Part shown: positions 60,790-64,000 of the stretch, piece after piece | How positions within the stretch are numbered: position 1 is the stretch's first letter | Layout: each line of letters begins with the position of its first letter | Assembly: GCA_050084985.1 (NCBI GenBank) | Contig: JBITNC010000002.1 | Span: forward strand, 2,976,001-3,040,000 | Direction: 5' to 3' | Length of the DNA: 64,000 nt | Source: Nageia nagi | Lineage: Eukaryota > Plantae > Pinophyta | Program-made: the position numbers and the translations under genes | The notes under the pieces: model-generated | What the model was told of the DNA's origin: nothing | The model's input: the letters and a program-made list of their open reading frames with translations, nothing else | The model's database searches: none

Positions 60790-63700
60790 AAAAACCATAT
60801 GATTCGAATTTTGACGAAGAGTTTGATAGAATTTCAGTCGAAGAGCAGACTAGAGCTCCTCGAGGCCAAATTTAAGGGGAAATATATCTTTGTTGGTGAC
60901 ACTGATTAGGGTGACTTGGACCCAATTATGACTTTGGCCTCTACAACCTCTCTCAGCAAGGAGGACCTGTCTGGGAACTTATCCACACATGCCACTTTTT
61001 CAATGCCGCCATGATACCGTTTGTAGTATGTTTTCTTGACTTATGCAATGAAGTGGCAAAGAAGTGTGATTTCAGCAAGAGAGTGCTATGGTATACAGAG
61101 GGCAATGTAATCATGGACTTCAGCCCTGCTAGTATTGAAGCAGCTTTTGACTGGAAATATTATGGGGATGAATATACATTGGTCCATTTGGAGGAGTTTC
61201 ATGACTCCACTTTCTAGCCTGAAGACTATATTAGACCTTGGTTGCTTGAGGAATTTCAGAACCTTCAGGGGAAAGGTTGATCAGTGAGTGAAAAGAAGAA
61301 TTTCTACCAGTGGTGGCAAAATTGATCACCTTATTATCAAGAGTAACCAGTCAAGAGAGTGATGCCGAGTACCGGAGGGAGTTCAAAGGATTTATGGCTG
61401 CAATTAGTTCGGAGAGGTCCATTTGGTGGGCAAGGGTTATCAGTGATGCCCTGCGCTACCGGTTGTCTTTGTTTGGCTCCTCGAAGAGATTTTACATGAA
61501 CTCTTACCTGGTGTACCTATTACTGCACGACAAGGTCAAATCCAAGGAGCTAGCTGACGAGAGGTACTTGGGAGAGAACACCCCCGTGTGGAGGGCATAC
61601 CAGAAATGGTGGTGCCAAAATAGATTTGAGTATTTTTATGAAAAAATGACGCCTGGGAATATGATATCTACAAGGATATCAAGGGAGAGTCCATGGTGAA
61701 GAGGGTTTCTGATGCTGCTATCCAGGCTATTCGCGTGCATGCAGACCTTTTTCTGCAAGACGCTAACTTCACCTACATCAAATTTTATGGCTCGGAAGAG
61801 TAGCCCATGCTCCTGCCTAGGTATGTCAGCGACAGGTTGGTCCTCATGGAGTTTGCCAGGCAGCTCTTTTTCCTAAAGGAGAAGGTCTGGAAGAAGAAAA
61901 ACGCCACCATCAACTTGCCTATATCTATATCTGGATATGTGTGCCAAACTTGGGTGGAGGCAACACACATGCGGGAGGAGCTACAACAATATAACTTCTT
62001 CAGGGAAGCTGCTGCTAGGAACTATGATCTCGAGGGGATGATTGCTCGTTTCTGTGACACTGCTTTTCATCGGCCCATTCCATTTCCTCACAAGTCTTTG
62101 GGGTTGAGGAAAGGTATAGGAATGTGTAGGATGAAGGGGAAATTGCGCGCATCACAACTCATTTGAGTAAAAAGAAGGCTTCCCTTCAGGTAGAAAAGCC
62201 CCGATCTAAGGAGGCCACTTTGAAGATCAAATCTCCTGCCCACACAACGTCCTCACCAAAATAGAAGCCCTTACTTTTTGCAGGAAGAAGGCAAGAGGCC
62301 CTCAAAGAGCCCCTTCCAGGGCCCAACAAGCGTAGTGTGTTAGAAGCTAACCTTAAAGATGTTGGGTATTGTGCTCTCCCTTCAGATCTGTTGGACAATG
62401 TGATAAACACAACATGTGTGAGTGACTCCCCCACGGAAGCTATTCCTTCTAGATCGACCCATTCTCCTGGACAAAGAGGGAAAGTTCCCCTTTACAACAA
62501 AGTTCTAGCAGCTTTGAGACCTCTTCCACTTGTTTAGATGAAGAAGTTGATGGAAACCCTGACCATACAGTTGAAGACTCTGCAAAAGAGTCAGAGAGAA
62601 GAAGAAGAGGGAGGTGATGCCAACACTGCTTATTCACCTTAGCTAGAAGACATAGCCATTGGTGCTTCAAAACCTGATGAGATGGAAGTAGAAACCATCT
62701 CGGAAGATGAGATAGTGGATGTAGGGACTTATGATGATGATGACCAGATACTTGGCCAGAAGTGTGCTAGAGAGGTGGCTACCTCCAAATCCTCTCCTGC
62801 TGAACCCAAGAAAAGGTCTCTCTCGCGTAAAGCTTCTACTAAGAGGAGTCATGATAAATCTCCCTAGCTTCGAAATATAGGCATATCTCTAGGTGGTAGT
62901 GGAGGAGATGAAGAGGACGAAGGAGAGACAGAAGAACAGAAGAAGAAGAGGAGGCAGGAAGAGCATTAGGGCAAGGAGATGGCGGTAGTTCCAACTACCC
63001 TAGCAAAGGAGGCCACGAAAGTTGATAAAGGAAGGTTGTTGGTTCAAAGGTTCCCCCTCGAACAGCGATTGAACATCCAAATCTTGATCTAGATGCATGC
63101 CTTAGAGCCCTCAGCATGAGTATGGCTTACGATGAAGATATAGACTAGGACTTGCGGTCTGAGGACGAGGAAGAAGAACTTTCGGATGGGGAGAAAATTT
63201 GGAGGGTGGATACTTTTGTCTCCAAGGAGAAGCATCCTCAGAGGGCCGAGGACTATCTTATCGAAACTTTCAAGATGCTAGTCAAATTGGGGATAACGGC
63301 CAGGAAACACATTGTTACCCAGAATGCTGCAGTCATGGAATAGGAAGGCTATGAAGCTAAAAGGTAAGTGAAGAAATTAAAGAAGGAGCTCACAGCCAGT
63401 CGGACAATTATAAAGAAGTTCCAGAAAATTAGCACCACTCCCTTACATTTGCAAAAACAAACTTCCTTCCATGAGGGTTGGGAACTCATGAAGGAGCAGC
63501 TCAAGAATGAGATGGTGGAGACCGTCGAGAGATTGTCTTCACGCATTTACAAGCTCCTAGCCGAGGGCGTTGAGATCAAGGATCTCATAGCTCAGATTAC
63601 TACTCACCTCGACCAGTTGGATAGTTACCTACCCAACGTCTCCCACTTGCAACACACTTTCGTCGATAACCCCGAGAAATTGGTCTACTACCATGAGTTC

Positions 63701-64000
63701 ACCTATCACCACAATTGGTTGAACCATGCACTCGAGAAGTGCAATGCTATCCTCAAAGTAAGGATCCCCTTGCAAAAGGTGGAGCAAATGAGCGAATATC
63801 TTTATCAGCTCATTCCAAGGGGAGGATAATAATGTTCAAAAGAAGGAAGCAGTATTGGCAGAGGCCTAGAATCTGATCCAGGAGCATCTTGAGGTCGAGG
63901 ATCTAAACTTGTTGAAGGCAGGACTTCCTATCGTGCACCAGAGGCAGATGGTCATCTGGAGGTACCAGATGTAGGCCACTATCAAGAAGATTGAGGATTA
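60790..64000 (+). pseudogene. Decayed long accessory ORF (~1000+ codons) of a large retroelement, function unknown
   Basis: A chain of same-strand ORF pieces (61011, 61310, 61807, 62337, 62682, 63152, 63368) joined by stops and frameshifts. It has a globular N-terminal part (WARVISDALRYRL..KRFYMNSYLVYLL, LPRYVSDRLVLMEF), an acidic/basic low-complexity middle and a coiled-coil-like C-terminus. The retroelement origin is inferred from context and copy number. Confidence 0.65.

Overview
AT-rich, repeat-saturated eukaryotic plant DNA. The TE types, age profile and apparent giant intron suggest a large-genome gymnosperm such as a conifer (inference). The only intact host coding sequence found is the last two exons of a plant aldehyde oxidase (molybdo-flavoenzyme) on the minus strand (33360-33171, 33050-32842). 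Its preceding exon was not found, so the right half of the window may be one TE-filled intron of more than 30 kb. The rest is nested, decayed retroelements. These are two full-length Copia elements with TSDs (one with non-canonical TA...TA LTR ends), three internally deleted Gypsy-type elements, six TSD-delimited solo LTRs plus two probable ones, a LINE 3' end and a Tat/Ogre-like integrase relic. There is also a decayed CNOT11 gene fragment and two copies of an uncharacterised retroelement accessory ORF. The most unusual signal is two sequence-unrelated arrays of symmetric double-dyad DNA modules with fixed spacing and variable arms. One is a set of 50-bp modules around a TATA box upstream of the accessory ORF, and the other is 56-57-bp modules inside a ~182-bp LTR satellite. 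They look like multimeric protein-binding platforms. All calls were made by eye, and protein family assignments rest on recalled motifs, not database searches.
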